This document shows positions 29,543-39,859 of a stretch of 64,000 nucleotides of DNA, piece by piece (position 1 is the stretch's first letter; every line of letters begins with the position of its first letter). The DNA is taken from NCBI GenBank assembly GCA_035541435.1, contig DATKNL010000012.1, positions 70,498 to 134,497 on the forward strand. The letters run 5' to 3'. The notes below the pieces were generated by a model. That model did not search any database, was not told the DNA's origin, and worked only from the letters and a program-made list of their open reading frames with translations. The position numbers and the translations under genes were made by a program. This DNA is from Minisyncoccota bacterium (GTDB lineage: Bacteria > Patescibacteriota > Minisyncoccia > UBA6257 > 2-01-FULL-56-20).

Positions 29543-30451
29543 CTAGTTCCTCAGGTAGCGCCGGACGGCGAAGAAGCTCGACAGGGCGCCGACCACGACG
29601 CCGAAGAGGAGCTCATAGAGGAGCAGCTGCGGCAGGTGCATCGAGAAATAGCCGAACAGGTTGAGTCCCGGAATGAACGAATCGAGATAGGGATTCACCA
29701 GATAGACGGCAGGCGCCGCGATGATCAGGCTCGCGACCGCCGCGATGGCGCCGCAGATCATGCCCTCGATGACATAGGGCCCGCGCACCATGCTGTTCGA
29801 GGCGCCCACGACGCGCATGATGCCGATCTCGTCCCGGTTCGAATAGATGGCGAGCCGGATCGTGTTGAAGATGACGAGCCCCGCGACGATCACGAGCAGC
29901 AGCGTCACGACGAACCCGCCGGTCTCGACGTTGCGCACGATCGTGGCCAGGCGGTCGATGACCTGCTGGTTCTCGGTGTAGCTCACGTTGTCGATATAGG
30001 GCTTGAGGTTCGGCGAGTCGAGATAGTCGGCGATCGCGCCGTACTGGCTCGGATCCTTCGCCTTGACGTCGAGCGACGCCTCAAGCGGGTTCGTGTCGAG
30101 CTCGCTGATCGCCTGCGAGATCGACGGGTCGTTCGCATGGTTCGCCTGGAAATCCGCCATCGCCTGGTCGCGCGACACATAATTCACGCTCGCGACCTGC
30201 GACAGGCTCTCGAGCGACTGCTGGATGCTGAGGATCTGGTCCTCGGAGGTGTTGGTATTGAAATAGACGCTGATGTCGATCTTGTCCTGGATGGACGCCG
30301 ACGCGGCCTTCGTCACGACGCCGAACATGATGAGCGCGGCGAAGACCGTGAGCGCGACCGTCATGATGGCGACCGTCGCCGTCGAGAGCCAGCCGTTCCG
30401 CCAGAAGTTCTTGAACCCGTAATGGAAGATACGCGAGATGACCGTGACCAT
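29543..30451 (-). CDS. ftsX: Cell division permease FtsX
   Basis: 'NTIRLAIYS.R.EI.IMR.VGAS...RGP...EG'; follows ftsE. Confidence 0.95.
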   Translation of the reverse strand: MVTVISRIFHYGFKNFWRNGWLSTATVAIMTVALTVFAALIMFGVVTKAASASIQDKIDISVYFNTNTSEDQILSIQQSLESLSQVASVNYVSRDQAMADFQANHANDPSISQAISELDTNPLEASLDVKAKDPSQYGAIADYLDSPNLKPYIDNVSYTENQQVIDRLATIVRNVETGGFVVTLLLVIVAGLVIFNTIRLAIYSNRDEIGIMRVVGASNSMVRGPYVIEGMICGAIAAVASLIIAAPAVYLVNPYLDSFIPGLNLFGYFSMHLPQLLLYELLFGVVVGALSSFFAVRRYLRN

Positions 30452-30452
30452 G

Positions 30453-31136
30453 TTAGACGAGGATGTATTTGCCTTTCTTTTCGTCGCGGACGATGCGGCC
30501 CTTGTCGAGCGTGATCACGCGGCGCTCGAGCGAGTTGATCACCTCGCGGTCGTGCGTCGCGAGGAGCACCGTCGTGCCGAGCTGGTTGATCTTCTCGAGG
30601 AGCTTCATGATCTCGAACGTGTGGAACGGGTCGAGGTTGCCGGTCGGCTCGTCGGCGATGATGACCTCGGGCCGGTGGATCATCGCGCGCGCGATCGCGA
30701 CGCGCTGCTGCTCGCCGCCCGACAGCTCGTTCGGGAAGTTCTTCGTCTTGTCGCCGAGGCCCACCATGTCGAGCACCTGCGGCACGAGCTCGGCGATCTC
30801 GCGCTGGGGCCGCCCGGCCACCTCGAGCGCGAACGCCACGTTCTCATAGGCGTTCTTCGTCGGGAGGAGCCGGAAATCCTGAAAAACTACGCCGATATGG
30901 CGCCTGAAGGCCGGCAGGTCGTTGTCCCGAAGCTTGTTCACCTCGTATTGCCCGAAAAAAACGCGCCCCTTCGAGGGCCGTTCCTCGCCGATGAGGAGCT
31001 TGATGATCGTGGACTTGCCCGCGCCGGACCGTCCCGCGAGCGAGACGAACTCGCCGGGATCTATTTCGAAATCGACTTCCTCGAGCGCGGCGCCGTGGCC
31101 CGCATATTTTTTCGATACGCCCTGAAAGACAATCAT
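30453..31136 (-). CDS. ftsE: Cell division ATPase FtsE
   Basis: GRSGAGKS, 'VFQDFRLL', LSGGEQQR, 'ADEPTGNLD'. Confidence 0.95.
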   Translation of the reverse strand: MIVFQGVSKKYAGHGAALEEVDFEIDPGEFVSLAGRSGAGKSTIIKLLIGEERPSKGRVFFGQYEVNKLRDNDLPAFRRHIGVVFQDFRLLPTKNAYENVAFALEVAGRPQREIAELVPQVLDMVGLGDKTKNFPNELSGGEQQRVAIARAMIHRPEVIIADEPTGNLDPFHTFEIMKLLEKINQLGTTVLLATHDREVINSLERRVITLDKGRIVRDEKKGKYILV

Positions 31137-31162
31137 GCGCGTTTTCTTATTATATCATATCG

Positions 31163-32195
31163 CTACCGTTCGAGCATCGCTTCGATGAAGCGATCGATAT
31201 CCCCCGCAAGCACTTCGTCGACGCGCGACGTCTCGACGTCGGTGCGGTGATCCTTCACGAGCTGGTACGGGTTGAGCACGTACGAGCGAATCTGGTTCCC
31301 CCACTCCGGCTTCACCTTCGTGCGCAGTGCGCCGACCTCCTCGACCTTCTCCTTTTCCATCAGCTGGAACAGTTTCGCCTTGAGCAGACGCATCGCGTTC
31401 TCGCGGTTCTGCTGCTGGCTCCGCTCGACGCGCGAACTCACCGCGATGCCAGTCGGCAGGTGCACGATCCGCACGGCGGTCTCCACCTTGTTCACGTTCT
31501 GGCCGCCCGGACCGCCGGCGCGGGAGAGCTCGAGTTTGAGATCCGATTCGGGGATGACGAGCTTCGACTCCTCGAGCGGCGGCAGGTCGGGAACGACCTC
31601 GACGAGCGCGAACGACGTATGGCGCAGCTTTTTCGGGGAGAACGGCGAGATGCGGACCAGGCGGTGCACGCCCGATTCGTGCTTCAGATAGCCGAAAGCG
31701 TGGTCGCCCTTGATCTCGATCGTGCGCGAGCGGATGTTGTCGTCGATCACGCGGATCTTCCAGCCCCGGGCCTTGGCATAGCCTTCGTACATGACACCGA
31801 GCATCCGCGCCCAGTCCTCGGCGTCCTCGCCGCCCGCTCCCGGAAAGACCGACAGCACCGCCGCCTGGGCGTCATAGCGCCCGGTGAACAGCTCGTCGCG
31901 CTCGAATTCGCGGAACATCCGCTTGATCTCGTGGAAGCGGTCCTCGAAGCCGGGGTCGTTCGCCTCAAGTTCGAGAATGCCGTCCTCGATCGCCTTGAAC
32001 TTCGCGATCTTGTCGTTCAGCACGCCCAGCTCGCGGATCTTCGCGTCGGCCGCCTCGCGATTCTTCCAGAATTCCGGCGACGACATTTCCGCCGTCAGTT
32101 CTCCGGCGCGGCGCTCCTTCGCCGGAATGTCAAAGACGCCCGCCGAGCCGGCGGGCTTCGTCCTTCAGCTGCTCAAGCGATTCGATGGTCTTCAT
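31163..32195 (-). CDS. prfB: Peptide chain release factor 2 (+1 programmed frameshift at 32135-32129)
   Basis: ATG 32195 [21 protein letters not shown] then CTT-TGA-C; the +1 frame continues [22 protein letters not shown]...; SPF and GGQ motifs. Confidence 0.96.
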
Positions 32196-32208
32196 GGTTT
32201 TCGATCAA

Positions 32209-32514
32209 TCAATAGGAAACCGGCTTTTCTTTGTCGAGACGCTCGTCGGCCGACATGTTCCGGTGATGCTTCTCCATGCGGAACCGAAGCTCGGCCAGAT
32301 CCCACTCGATATCGTCGGCGTCCTTGCCTTTGACGACATGGCCTTCGGCGACGGCGGCTTTCGCCATCCGGTCGATCACCGCGAGCTCTTCCGCCGTATA
32401 ACCCGCCCTGCGCTGCTCCCGCTTTTCGCGTTCGCGCGCCTTGCGCGCTTCCATCGCCTTGCGCAACGCCTCGACGTCACCGCCTCGTTCGGGCAACGGC
32501 ATCCGTTCGTTCAT
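32209..32514 (-). CDS. Hypothetical charged helical protein (101 aa)
   Basis: TGCTATACT-6nt-ATG at 32514; the track's upstream extension runs into tRNA-Thr. Confidence 0.7.
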   Translation of the reverse strand: MNERMPLPERGGDVEALRKAMEARKAREREKREQRRAGYTAEELAVIDRMAKAAVAEGHVVKGKDADDIEWDLAELRFRMEKHHRNMSADERLDKEKPVSY

Positions 32515-32537
32515 GGTTTCAGTATAGCACCTATATG

Positions 32538-32609
32538 AGCCGATGAGAGGAGTTGAACCTCCAACCTCTCCCTTACGAAGGGATTGCTCTGCCATTGAGC
32601 TACATCGGC
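32538..32609 (-). tRNA. tRNA-Thr(CGT)
   Basis: GCCGATGTAGCTCAATGGCAGAGCAATCCCTT CGT AAGGGAGAGGTTGGAGGTTCAACTCCTCTCATCGGCT. Confidence 0.94.
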
Positions 32610-32612
32610 ATG

Positions 32613-32683
32613 TGGACCTAGCGAGAATCGAACTCGCGTCTTTTCGATGCCATCGAAATATTCTACCATTGAACTATAGGCCC
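32613..32683 (-). tRNA. tRNA-Ala(GGC)
   Basis: GGGCCTATAGTTCAATGGTAGAATATTTCGAT GGC ATCGAAAAGACGCGAGTTCGATTCTCGCTAGGTCCA; G3:U70 pair. Confidence 0.94.
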
Positions 32684-33360
32684 TGGCCGAACAAATTCCT
32701 GATTACCTCCAGCTCATTATATATTTCCGTCGAGAAATAATCTACCTTGAAAACGCCCTTATAGTCAATTTTCCGTGTCGGTTTTCCGATCGTGCGCGGA
32801 TCGATCCTGCTTTTATAGAGTTGCCGCGGCGGTATGCTTGAAACCGCAGACCAATACCGTTCCAGCGCTGCAATATCCTGATCGGCACGGCACTGCACGG
32901 TTCCCCTGAACTTTGCCTCATCGAGACGATAACATTTTCTCAAAAGCAATAGGTAGGTTCTTATCAAGGCGGGGTCTGAGTTGCCAAGCGTGAGATTCCG
33001 ACAGCTCTTGCCGCCCTCGCACCAGTAGATCATGGCGAGGGATATCTTGGCTACGTCATCATTTTTCGCCACGTCGATCAAATAGCTGGATCGCGAACGA
33101 ATTTCGTCATCCCGAAGAATGCCAATTTTTCGACGTGAAATAACCGATTTCGCACGTGCAATCAGCAATTTCTTTTTTAAACGTTCTGCCAATTTCCCTC
33201 GTTCCTCATCTGACAATTCAAGTTCCGAAAGCCAATCGGACAACGTGCCCCGGGGGATTGCCACCCCGAGCACCGCTCTGATGTCGGCATAAGAGTTACC
33301 TTCGCGGCGAAGCGCGATGGCGCGTTCCTTGTATTCGCTGAATCGTTGCCGTAATTTCAT
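32674..33360 (-). CDS. HTH + LAGLIDADG-like protein (putative endonuclease/DNA-binding), tRNA-adjacent
   Basis: N-terminal 'AIALRREG.SY..I....G..I.RGTLSDWL' HTH; 'LAMIYWCEGGK...L.LGNSDP.LI..Y..LL'; 'YW'; AT-richer than flanks; last 10 nt overlap tRNA-Ala. Confidence 0.72.
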   Translation of the reverse strand: MKLRQRFSEYKERAIALRREGNSYADIRAVLGVAIPRGTLSDWLSELELSDEERGKLAERLKKKLLIARAKSVISRRKIGILRDDEIRSRSSYLIDVAKNDDVAKISLAMIYWCEGGKSCRNLTLGNSDPALIRTYLLLLRKCYRLDEAKFRGTVQCRADQDIAALERYWSAVSSIPPRQLYKSRIDPRTIGKPTRKIDYKGVFKVDYFSTEIYNELEVIRNLFGQGL

Positions 33361-33474
33361 CTTTCAATCATCATTCTAACCCGCCTCCCATGCAACATTT
33401 CTTTTAGAAATTTTTAATGATTAGAAAGAGCGGGTTGCCCCTTCGGCGGCGATCCTCTATAGTGAACCCGTATC

Positions 33475-33546
33475 GCCCTCGTAGTTCAACGGATAGAACT
33501 ATTCCGTCCTAAGGAAGAGATGGGGGTTCAATTCCCTCCGAGGGCA
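33475..33546 (+). tRNA. tRNA-Arg(CCT)
   Basis: GCCCTCG...CGAGGGC-A; anticodon arm TTCC-GT CCT AA-GGAA; GGTTCAATT T-arm. Confidence 0.94.
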
Positions 33547-33658
33547 CAGTCTGGGAAGTCCTTTCGGGAACCGCGTCGCGGCCTGCTGGCCGCGCGCTTT
33601 CTCTCGCCGCCTCCGCGGCTCCGAGGCATTCCCGAAAGGACTTCCCAGCCTGTGCCTT
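33541..33658. repeat. 30-bp inverted repeat (28/30) starting in the tRNA-Arg 3' end
   Basis: 33541-33570 AGGGCACAGTCTGGGAAGTCCTTTCGGGAA vs reverse complement of 33629-33658 AAGGCACAGGCTGGGAAGTCCTTTCGGGAA. Confidence 0.9.
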
Positions 33659-33788
33659 GTGCGATGTAATCGAACGGGAATCTTGACGTATCCCCATCTT
33701 CATCCTAGGGTGAAGATGCTTTTCCGCGAATACCGGGAAGCCCTGCGGAATCCCGCAGGAACGTTCGTTTACAAGAAAGGTGAATCAC

Positions 33789-34298
33789 ATGTCTGCGAAT
33801 ACCAGACCGGCGAAAGATACCACAAAGAAAGTCGAACTCTGCCTGCTTTTCACCAATGCCGTTGGGCTCATCGAGAAGGGCGCCCGTTCGACGATCATGA
33901 TCGACGAACTTCTCAGCGCGCTTCAGCTGTTTAAGCAGGGTAAGCTGGGAACCGTACTCCCCATGGCTTCGGAATACTCGCTGCGGGGCGTATTGGAACG
34001 GCGCTTAGCCACCCGTCAGAAGATGAGAATGATCGGAACGGAAGCCATCTACGAAGAGATACTCGACCGGCTACCTAAGCGTATCCAGAGAGGCCTCGCC
34101 TATGCCGGTATCCGAACTCTCCAACAACTCCTTGAGAACGATCCGTTCAATTTCCAAAAGATAAAGGGCCTCGGAGAAAGGTCGGTCGACACGATCGAAG
34201 AAACGTTGAGAGGGTATGGAATTGGACTCCGCATGGATGCCGACGCGCTCCGCCAGCTTTTCTCTGGCATCGGATCGGGACCGCTCGCCGCTTCGTAA
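33789..34298 (+). CDS. Protein with C-terminal RNA polymerase alpha-CTD-like (HhH) domain
   Basis: 'LPKRIQRGLAYAGIRTLQQLL......KIKGLGERSVDTIEETL...G' matches the alphaCTD pattern L..R..N.L...GI.T..L......I.NLG.KS..EI; AAGAAAGGT RBS. Confidence 0.78.
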   Translation: MSANTRPAKDTTKKVELCLLFTNAVGLIEKGARSTIMIDELLSALQLFKQGKLGTVLPMASEYSLRGVLERRLATRQKMRMIGTEAIYEEILDRLPKRIQRGLAYAGIRTLQQLLENDPFNFQKIKGLGERSVDTIEETLRGYGIGLRMDADALRQLFSGIGSGPLAAS

Positions 34299-34380
34299 TC
34301 ACCTTTCACGTTCGGATTCGGCCGTTCTTCGGAACGGCCATTTTGTTTATGACGATTCGCCCGAAGAAATCCATTCGAGG

Positions 34381-34442
34381 GCTCTCGGAGCTCGCGAAGG
34401 CGAGCGAGAGCTGAGCAGTTTTGCGCAACAGCGCAAAACTGC
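34381..34442. repeat. REP-like tandem hairpins
   Basis: GCTCTC..GCTCGC-GAAG-GCGAGC-GAGAGC (34381-34411) and a perfect 12-bp stem GCAGTTTTGCGC-AACA-GCGCAAAACTGC (34415-34442). Confidence 0.7.
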
Positions 34443-34469
34443 GTACCTCGAAAAGAAAGAGGGAGGGGG

Positions 34470-35570
<1,101 letters not shown>

Positions 35571-35623
35571 GGTTTTGTTTTACAGAGTATTACGCAGTAT
35601 AGCAAGGATTTATTAAATCCAGA

Positions 35624-36709
35624 TTAATACCCGATGATCTCCTTGGTCTGGGTGACCTCGGTAATCTTCATAAAACCGGTCGCGAGGAGGATCTCATAGA
35701 AGATGAGCGAGACGAACTGCGCGACCCAGACGAAGACGATGCCGAGCGTGCGAAGCGCGAAGAACAGCACTACGCCCCAGCCGATCGCGAACCAGGTCGG
35801 GCCTTCCGCCTGCCATGCCTGAAGCATGCCGACGAAGAAGTTATAGAAGGCGTCGCTCGTCGGGGCGGTCGGGGGTACCGGCGCGGACGAGGGCGTCGAG
35901 GTCGAGATGGTGCCGACCGGAGCCGTCGCGCCCGAGCTTGTGGCCGCGGTCGACGACGGCGAGACGCCGAAGCTGTGCTCGATCTGCGTCGTCGCGGCCG
36001 TGAGGGTGTTCGTCTGCTCCTGAGAGGACATCGCCTGGAAGTTCGGGTTGTTCTGCAGCTCCATCTTCGCCAGGCTTGTCGCGAACGACTGGAAGTCGCC
36101 GTTCAGCGAGATGTTCGGATAGAAGCCGCTCACGAACCCCGTCGACCAGTCGAAGAACTTCCGGAAGCTCCCCTGCGAGATGAGCACGGTGCTCGGGCCG
36201 ATGTTCGGCACGTAGACGAGGATCATGAAGAGCAGGGCGGCGGTGGCGAACTTGCCGAGCACGCTGCCCGTCGTCCTGAAGAACTGGATCTCGATGCTGT
36301 TCGCGATGTCGGACCGGCCGGCGAGATAGCCCCACGCGAGGATCGCGAAAACGACGACTCCCGTCACGAGCACGATCTCGAGTGCGGCATGGGTGAAGAA
36401 CGCCATTGCTGCGACCGATTCGAGGATGAGGACGAGCAGCCGCCGCGAGACGCTCTTCATGAGGAACGTCTCGACGACCTCGAGGACCGCCCAGAGGAGG
36501 AGGGCCGCGATAAGCCAGGCGATGGAGAGCCCCGTGGTCAGGTAGCGGAAGAAGGCATAGCCGAAGACCCCCGCTGACGCGACCGCAACGATGTCGACGA
36601 TAATCGACTTATAGAAACCGGGGGCCGAAAGGACGCTATTGAACTTCGCCTGGTCGATCAGGTTCTGGCTGCGGGCCTCCCCCGCCATCACCTGTTTGAG
36701 GTCCACCAT
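35624..36709 (-). CDS. Multi-pass membrane protein of unknown function (start uncertain, overlaps dnaK 3' end)
   Basis: Several hydrophobic helices; GC3-typical codons; the only upstream ATGs (36709, 36688) lie inside dnaK. Confidence 0.78.
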   Translation of the reverse strand: MVDLKQVMAGEARSQNLIDQAKFNSVLSAPGFYKSIIVDIVAVASAGVFGYAFFRYLTTGLSIAWLIAALLLWAVLEVVETFLMKSVSRRLLVLILESVAAMAFFTHAALEIVLVTGVVVFAILAWGYLAGRSDIANSIEIQFFRTTGSVLGKFATAALLFMILVYVPNIGPSTVLISQGSFRKFFDWSTGFVSGFYPNISLNGDFQSFATSLAKMELQNNPNFQAMSSQEQTNTLTAATTQIEHSFGVSPSSTAATSSGATAPVGTISTSTPSSAPVPPTAPTSDAFYNFFVGMLQAWQAEGPTWFAIGWGVVLFFALRTLGIVFVWVAQFVSLIFYEILLATGFMKITEVTQTKEIIGY

Positions 36710-38528
36710 TGTTCTTATTATAGAACGCCTGGCCGATTTTTTGAATCTCGGCGCTGAGCGCCTCGGTCGCCGCCTTGATGGCGGCCCCGTCCTCGCCCGC
36801 CTGGGCCTTCTTCAGGGCCTCGATCTTCTCGGTGATGGCGGCCTTGATGTCGGCCGGCACCTTGTCCCCGGCGTCGCGAAGCGACTTCTCGGCGAGATAG
36901 GTCATCGATTCCGCCTGGTTGCGGATCTCGACGAGCTCCTTCTTCCTGGCGTCCTCGGTCGCGTGTTCGGCGGCCTCCTTCTTCAGGCGCTCGATTTCGT
37001 CCTTGGACAGGTTGGTCGACGCCTCGATCTTGACCGACTGCGTCTTGCCGCTCGCCTTGTCCTTCGCCGAGACGTTGAGGATGCCGTTCGCGTCGATGTC
37101 GAACGTCACCTCGACCTGCGGCACGCCGCGCGGCGACGGCGGGATGCCGTCAAGGATGAACTTCGCAAGCGTCTTGTTGTCGGCCGCCATCGGGCGCTCG
37201 CCCTGCAGCACGTGCACCTCGACGGACGTCTGGTTGTCGGCCGCCGTCGAGAACGTCTGCGTCTTCGCCGTCGGCACGGTCGTGTTCTTCTGGATCATGG
37301 GCGTCGCCACGCTGCCGAACGTCTCGATCGCGAGCGTGAGCGGCGTGACATCGAGTAGTAGGATGTCCTTCACGTCGCCCTGCAGGATGCCGGCCTGCAC
37401 CGCGGCGCCGACCGCGACGACCTCGTCGGGATTGATACCCTGGTGCGGGTCCTTGCCGAAAAGCTTCTTCACCGCCTCCTGGATCGCCGGCATGCGCGTC
37501 TGGCCGCCGACAAGGATCACCTCGTTGATCTCCGCGAGCTGGAATCCGGCGCCCTTCGGGGCCGCGGCCGTCACCGTCTCGCGGGTGAGGTTCACCGAAT
37601 GGTCGACGAAGTCCTGCACGAGCGCCTCGAGCTTGGCGCGCGAGAGCTTCATCACGAAGTGCTTCGGGCCGTTCGCGTCGGACGAGATGTAGGGAAGGTT
37701 GATCTCGGTCTCGTTCGCGGTCGAGAGCTCGTGTTTCGCCTTCTCGGCGGCCTCTTTCAGGCGCTGCAGCGCGAGCGGGTCCTTCGAGATGTCGATCCCC
37801 TCCTGCTTGCGGTATTCGTCGACGAGGTATTCCTGGATCTTCTTGTCGAAGTCGTCGCCGCCGAGATGCGTGTCGCCGCCCGTCGCCTTGACCTCGACCG
37901 TGTCCTCGCTCACCTCGAGCACCGAGATGTCGAACGTGCCGCCGCCGAAGTCATAGACGACGATCTTCTCGTTCTTGTGCTTGTTGAGGCCATAGGCGAG
38001 CGCGGCCGCCGTCGGCTCGTTCACGATGCGGCGCACCTTGAGTCCGGCGATCTCGCCGGCGTTCTTCGTGGCCTGCCGCTGCGAGTCGTCGAAATAGGCG
38101 GGAACGGTGATCACCGCCTCCTCCACCTTCTCGCCGAGCTTCGCCTCAGCGTCCGCCTTGAGCTTCGCAAGTACCATCGACGAGACTTCCTCCGGCGAAT
38201 ACCACTTGTCGCCGAGCTTCACCTGCACGCTCCCATTCGGGCCCTCCTGCAATTCATAGGGAAGCCAGGCCCGGTCGCGCTGCACTTCGGGATCGCTCCA
38301 CGTGCGCCCGATGAGCCGCTTCACCGAGAAGATGGTGTTCTTCGGGTTCGTGACCGACTGCCGCTTCGCAAGAAGCCCGACGAGCCGCTCGCCCGACTTC
38401 GAGATCGCGACGATCGAGGGCGTCGTGCGGTTGCCCTCGGCGTTCTCGAGGATGCGCGGCTCGCCGCCCTCCATGACGGCGACGGCCGAGTTCGTGGTCC
38501 CCAGGTCGATTCCAATGATTTTTGGCAT
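36636..38528 (-). CDS. dnaK: Chaperone DnaK
   Basis: 'GIDLGTTNS', 'TVPAYF', 'DFGGGTFD', 'NPDEVVA.GAA'. Confidence 0.99.
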   Translation of the reverse strand: MPKIIGIDLGTTNSAVAVMEGGEPRILENAEGNRTTPSIVAISKSGERLVGLLAKRQSVTNPKNTIFSVKRLIGRTWSDPEVQRDRAWLPYELQEGPNGSVQVKLGDKWYSPEEVSSMVLAKLKADAEAKLGEKVEEAVITVPAYFDDSQRQATKNAGEIAGLKVRRIVNEPTAAALAYGLNKHKNEKIVVYDFGGGTFDISVLEVSEDTVEVKATGGDTHLGGDDFDKKIQEYLVDEYRKQEGIDISKDPLALQRLKEAAEKAKHELSTANETEINLPYISSDANGPKHFVMKLSRAKLEALVQDFVDHSVNLTRETVTAAAPKGAGFQLAEINEVILVGGQTRMPAIQEAVKKLFGKDPHQGINPDEVVAVGAAVQAGILQGDVKDILLLDVTPLTLAIETFGSVATPMIQKNTTVPTAKTQTFSTAADNQTSVEVHVLQGERPMAADNKTLAKFILDGIPPSPRGVPQVEVTFDIDANGILNVSAKDKASGKTQSVKIEASTNLSKDEIERLKKEAAEHATEDARKKELVEIRNQAESMTYLAEKSLRDAGDKVPADIKAAITEKIEALKKAQAGEDGAAIKAATEALSAEIQKIGQAFYNKNNGGPQTGDGGGGPQPEPDRPGEVQ

Positions 38529-38560
38529 GTCAATTATTATTTAATAAAGTTTTAACGACA

Positions 38561-39100
38561 TTATTTCTCTTTGCTCAGGATCACGCGGGCCGGCCGCAGG
38601 ACCTTGTCGTGGAGCCGGTAGCCGGGCTCGATCATCTCGACCACCGTGCCGGGCGGCTTGTCGGATTCGACCGCCGAGAGCGCCTCGGCGACGGCGGGGT
38701 CGAACGGATCCCCTTCCTTGAGATCGATCTTCTGCAGTCCGCGTTTCTTCAGAATGTCCTCAATCTGCGTGCGGATCAGATAGACGCCCTTCTCGACGGG
38801 GCCGTTCTTCTCGAGGGCGCGCAGGCCGAGATCGAAGTTGTCGAGCACCGAGACGAGGTCCCTGATGAGGTCTTGGCTGCCGTACTGCGCGACCTCTTCG
38901 AGATGCCGCATCTCCTCTTTGCGATAGTTGATGAAGTCGGCTTTCGCGCGCTGCCATCCGGCAAGGTACTCGTCGCGCTGCTTCTCGGCGGCCGCAAGCC
39001 GCTCGTCGAGGCTTCCGCCTGCCGATGCCGACGGTTGCGACGGCGGCTGAGCCGCTCCGTTTCCGTCATGCTTATCCTGCTTGTCGTAATTGTCGTCCAT
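38561..39100 (-). CDS. grpE: Nucleotide exchange factor GrpE
   Basis: 'WQRAKADFINYRK', 'FDP..AEA', 'GY.L..KVLRPA.V'; start ATG 39100. Confidence 0.96.
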   Translation of the reverse strand: MDDNYDKQDKHDGNGAAQPPSQPSASAGGSLDERLAAAEKQRDEYLAGWQRAKADFINYRKEEMRHLEEVAQYGSQDLIRDLVSVLDNFDLGLRALEKNGPVEKGVYLIRTQIEDILKKRGLQKIDLKEGDPFDPAVAEALSAVESDKPPGTVVEMIEPGYRLHDKVLRPARVILSKEK

Positions 39101-39105
39101 GGTCG

Positions 39106-39774
39106 TTAAAGGTTTTTGAAAATCCTGATCGTCTTCCTGTAATCCATCCGCTTTGGGCCGATCGCGAAGATCGAGATCGTCATGTCGCCCACCTGATAGT
39201 TGCCGCCGACGACCGACAGGTTCTCGCTCCTCGTCACCGGGCTCTTGCGGCCGATGAACACCTTGGGGCCGTCGGTGCCGATCTTCGGCGCGGCGCGCGG
39301 CACCCGCTCGTCGACTTCCTCGAAGTCGTGGATCACCGAGCGGATCGCGGCGCGGTCCTCCCAGTCGAGCCGGTCGACGAGCGCCTCGAGGCCCGCCTTC
39401 CAGACCGCCTCGCGCGCGCAGTCCGCCGCGACGCTCAGGAGGCCGAGCTCGGCCGAGAGCCGCTCGAGCAGGTCGGGCCACGCCCGCTCCTCGAGGAGCT
39501 CCCGCATCGTGTATTCGCGGGAGGGCGGCTCTTTGGCCATGGCCCGCGTCGCGAAGAACTCATAGCCCACGTCGGTCGGGACCCGTCCCGCCGAATGGTG
39601 CGGCTGGGCGAGATACCCTTCGCGCTCGAGCTCGTCGAGCTCGAGGCGGATCATGGCCGGCTTGATGCCGAAATCATAGCGGTCATAGAGCGATCCCGAA
39701 CTCACCGGCTCGCCGGCCGTAATGAATTCCTGGATGAGCGCCTCAAGGATGTCAGCCTGCCGTTCGTTCATCAT
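39106..39774 (-). CDS. hrcA: Heat-inducible transcription repressor HrcA (short form)
   Basis: 'ERQ..IL..LI.EFI..GEPVSS', 'AMIR.E...LE..GYL.QPH.SAGRVPT..GY', 'IGPKRMDY'. Confidence 0.92.
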   Translation of the reverse strand: MMNERQADILEALIQEFITAGEPVSSGSLYDRYDFGIKPAMIRLELDELEREGYLAQPHHSAGRVPTDVGYEFFATRAMAKEPPSREYTMRELLEERAWPDLLERLSAELGLLSVAADCAREAVWKAGLEALVDRLDWEDRAAIRSVIHDFEEVDERVPRAAPKIGTDGPKVFIGRKSPVTRSENLSVVGGNYQVGDMTISIFAIGPKRMDYRKTIRIFKNL

Positions 39775-39794
39775 CAGGGTCAATTATAGCTCGA

Positions 39795-39821
39795 TTAGCA
39801 GTCAGGTCAAGGGAGTGCCAG
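39795..39821. promoter_or_regulatory. CIRCE operator overlapping the hrcA promoter
   Basis: TTAGCAGTC-N9-GAGTGCCAG (consensus TTAGCACTC-N9-GAGTGCTAA); minus-strand TTGACC lies in the N9 spacer and TATAAT at 39788-39783. Confidence 0.9.
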
Positions 39822-39859
39822 TGTGCATATCCGTTGCCCCCACATGGTAGAATGATCCT

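Noticed and set aside
31163-32195. prfB as a frameshifted pseudogene
   Set aside because: It is the canonical programmed +1 site CTT-TGA-C.
39101-39481. Long N-terminal extensions of GrpE (also YchF 45728-46354 and MnmA 53199-53549)
   Set aside because: They overlap neighbouring real genes (hrcA, HD protein, efp); family alignment begins at the downstream ATG.
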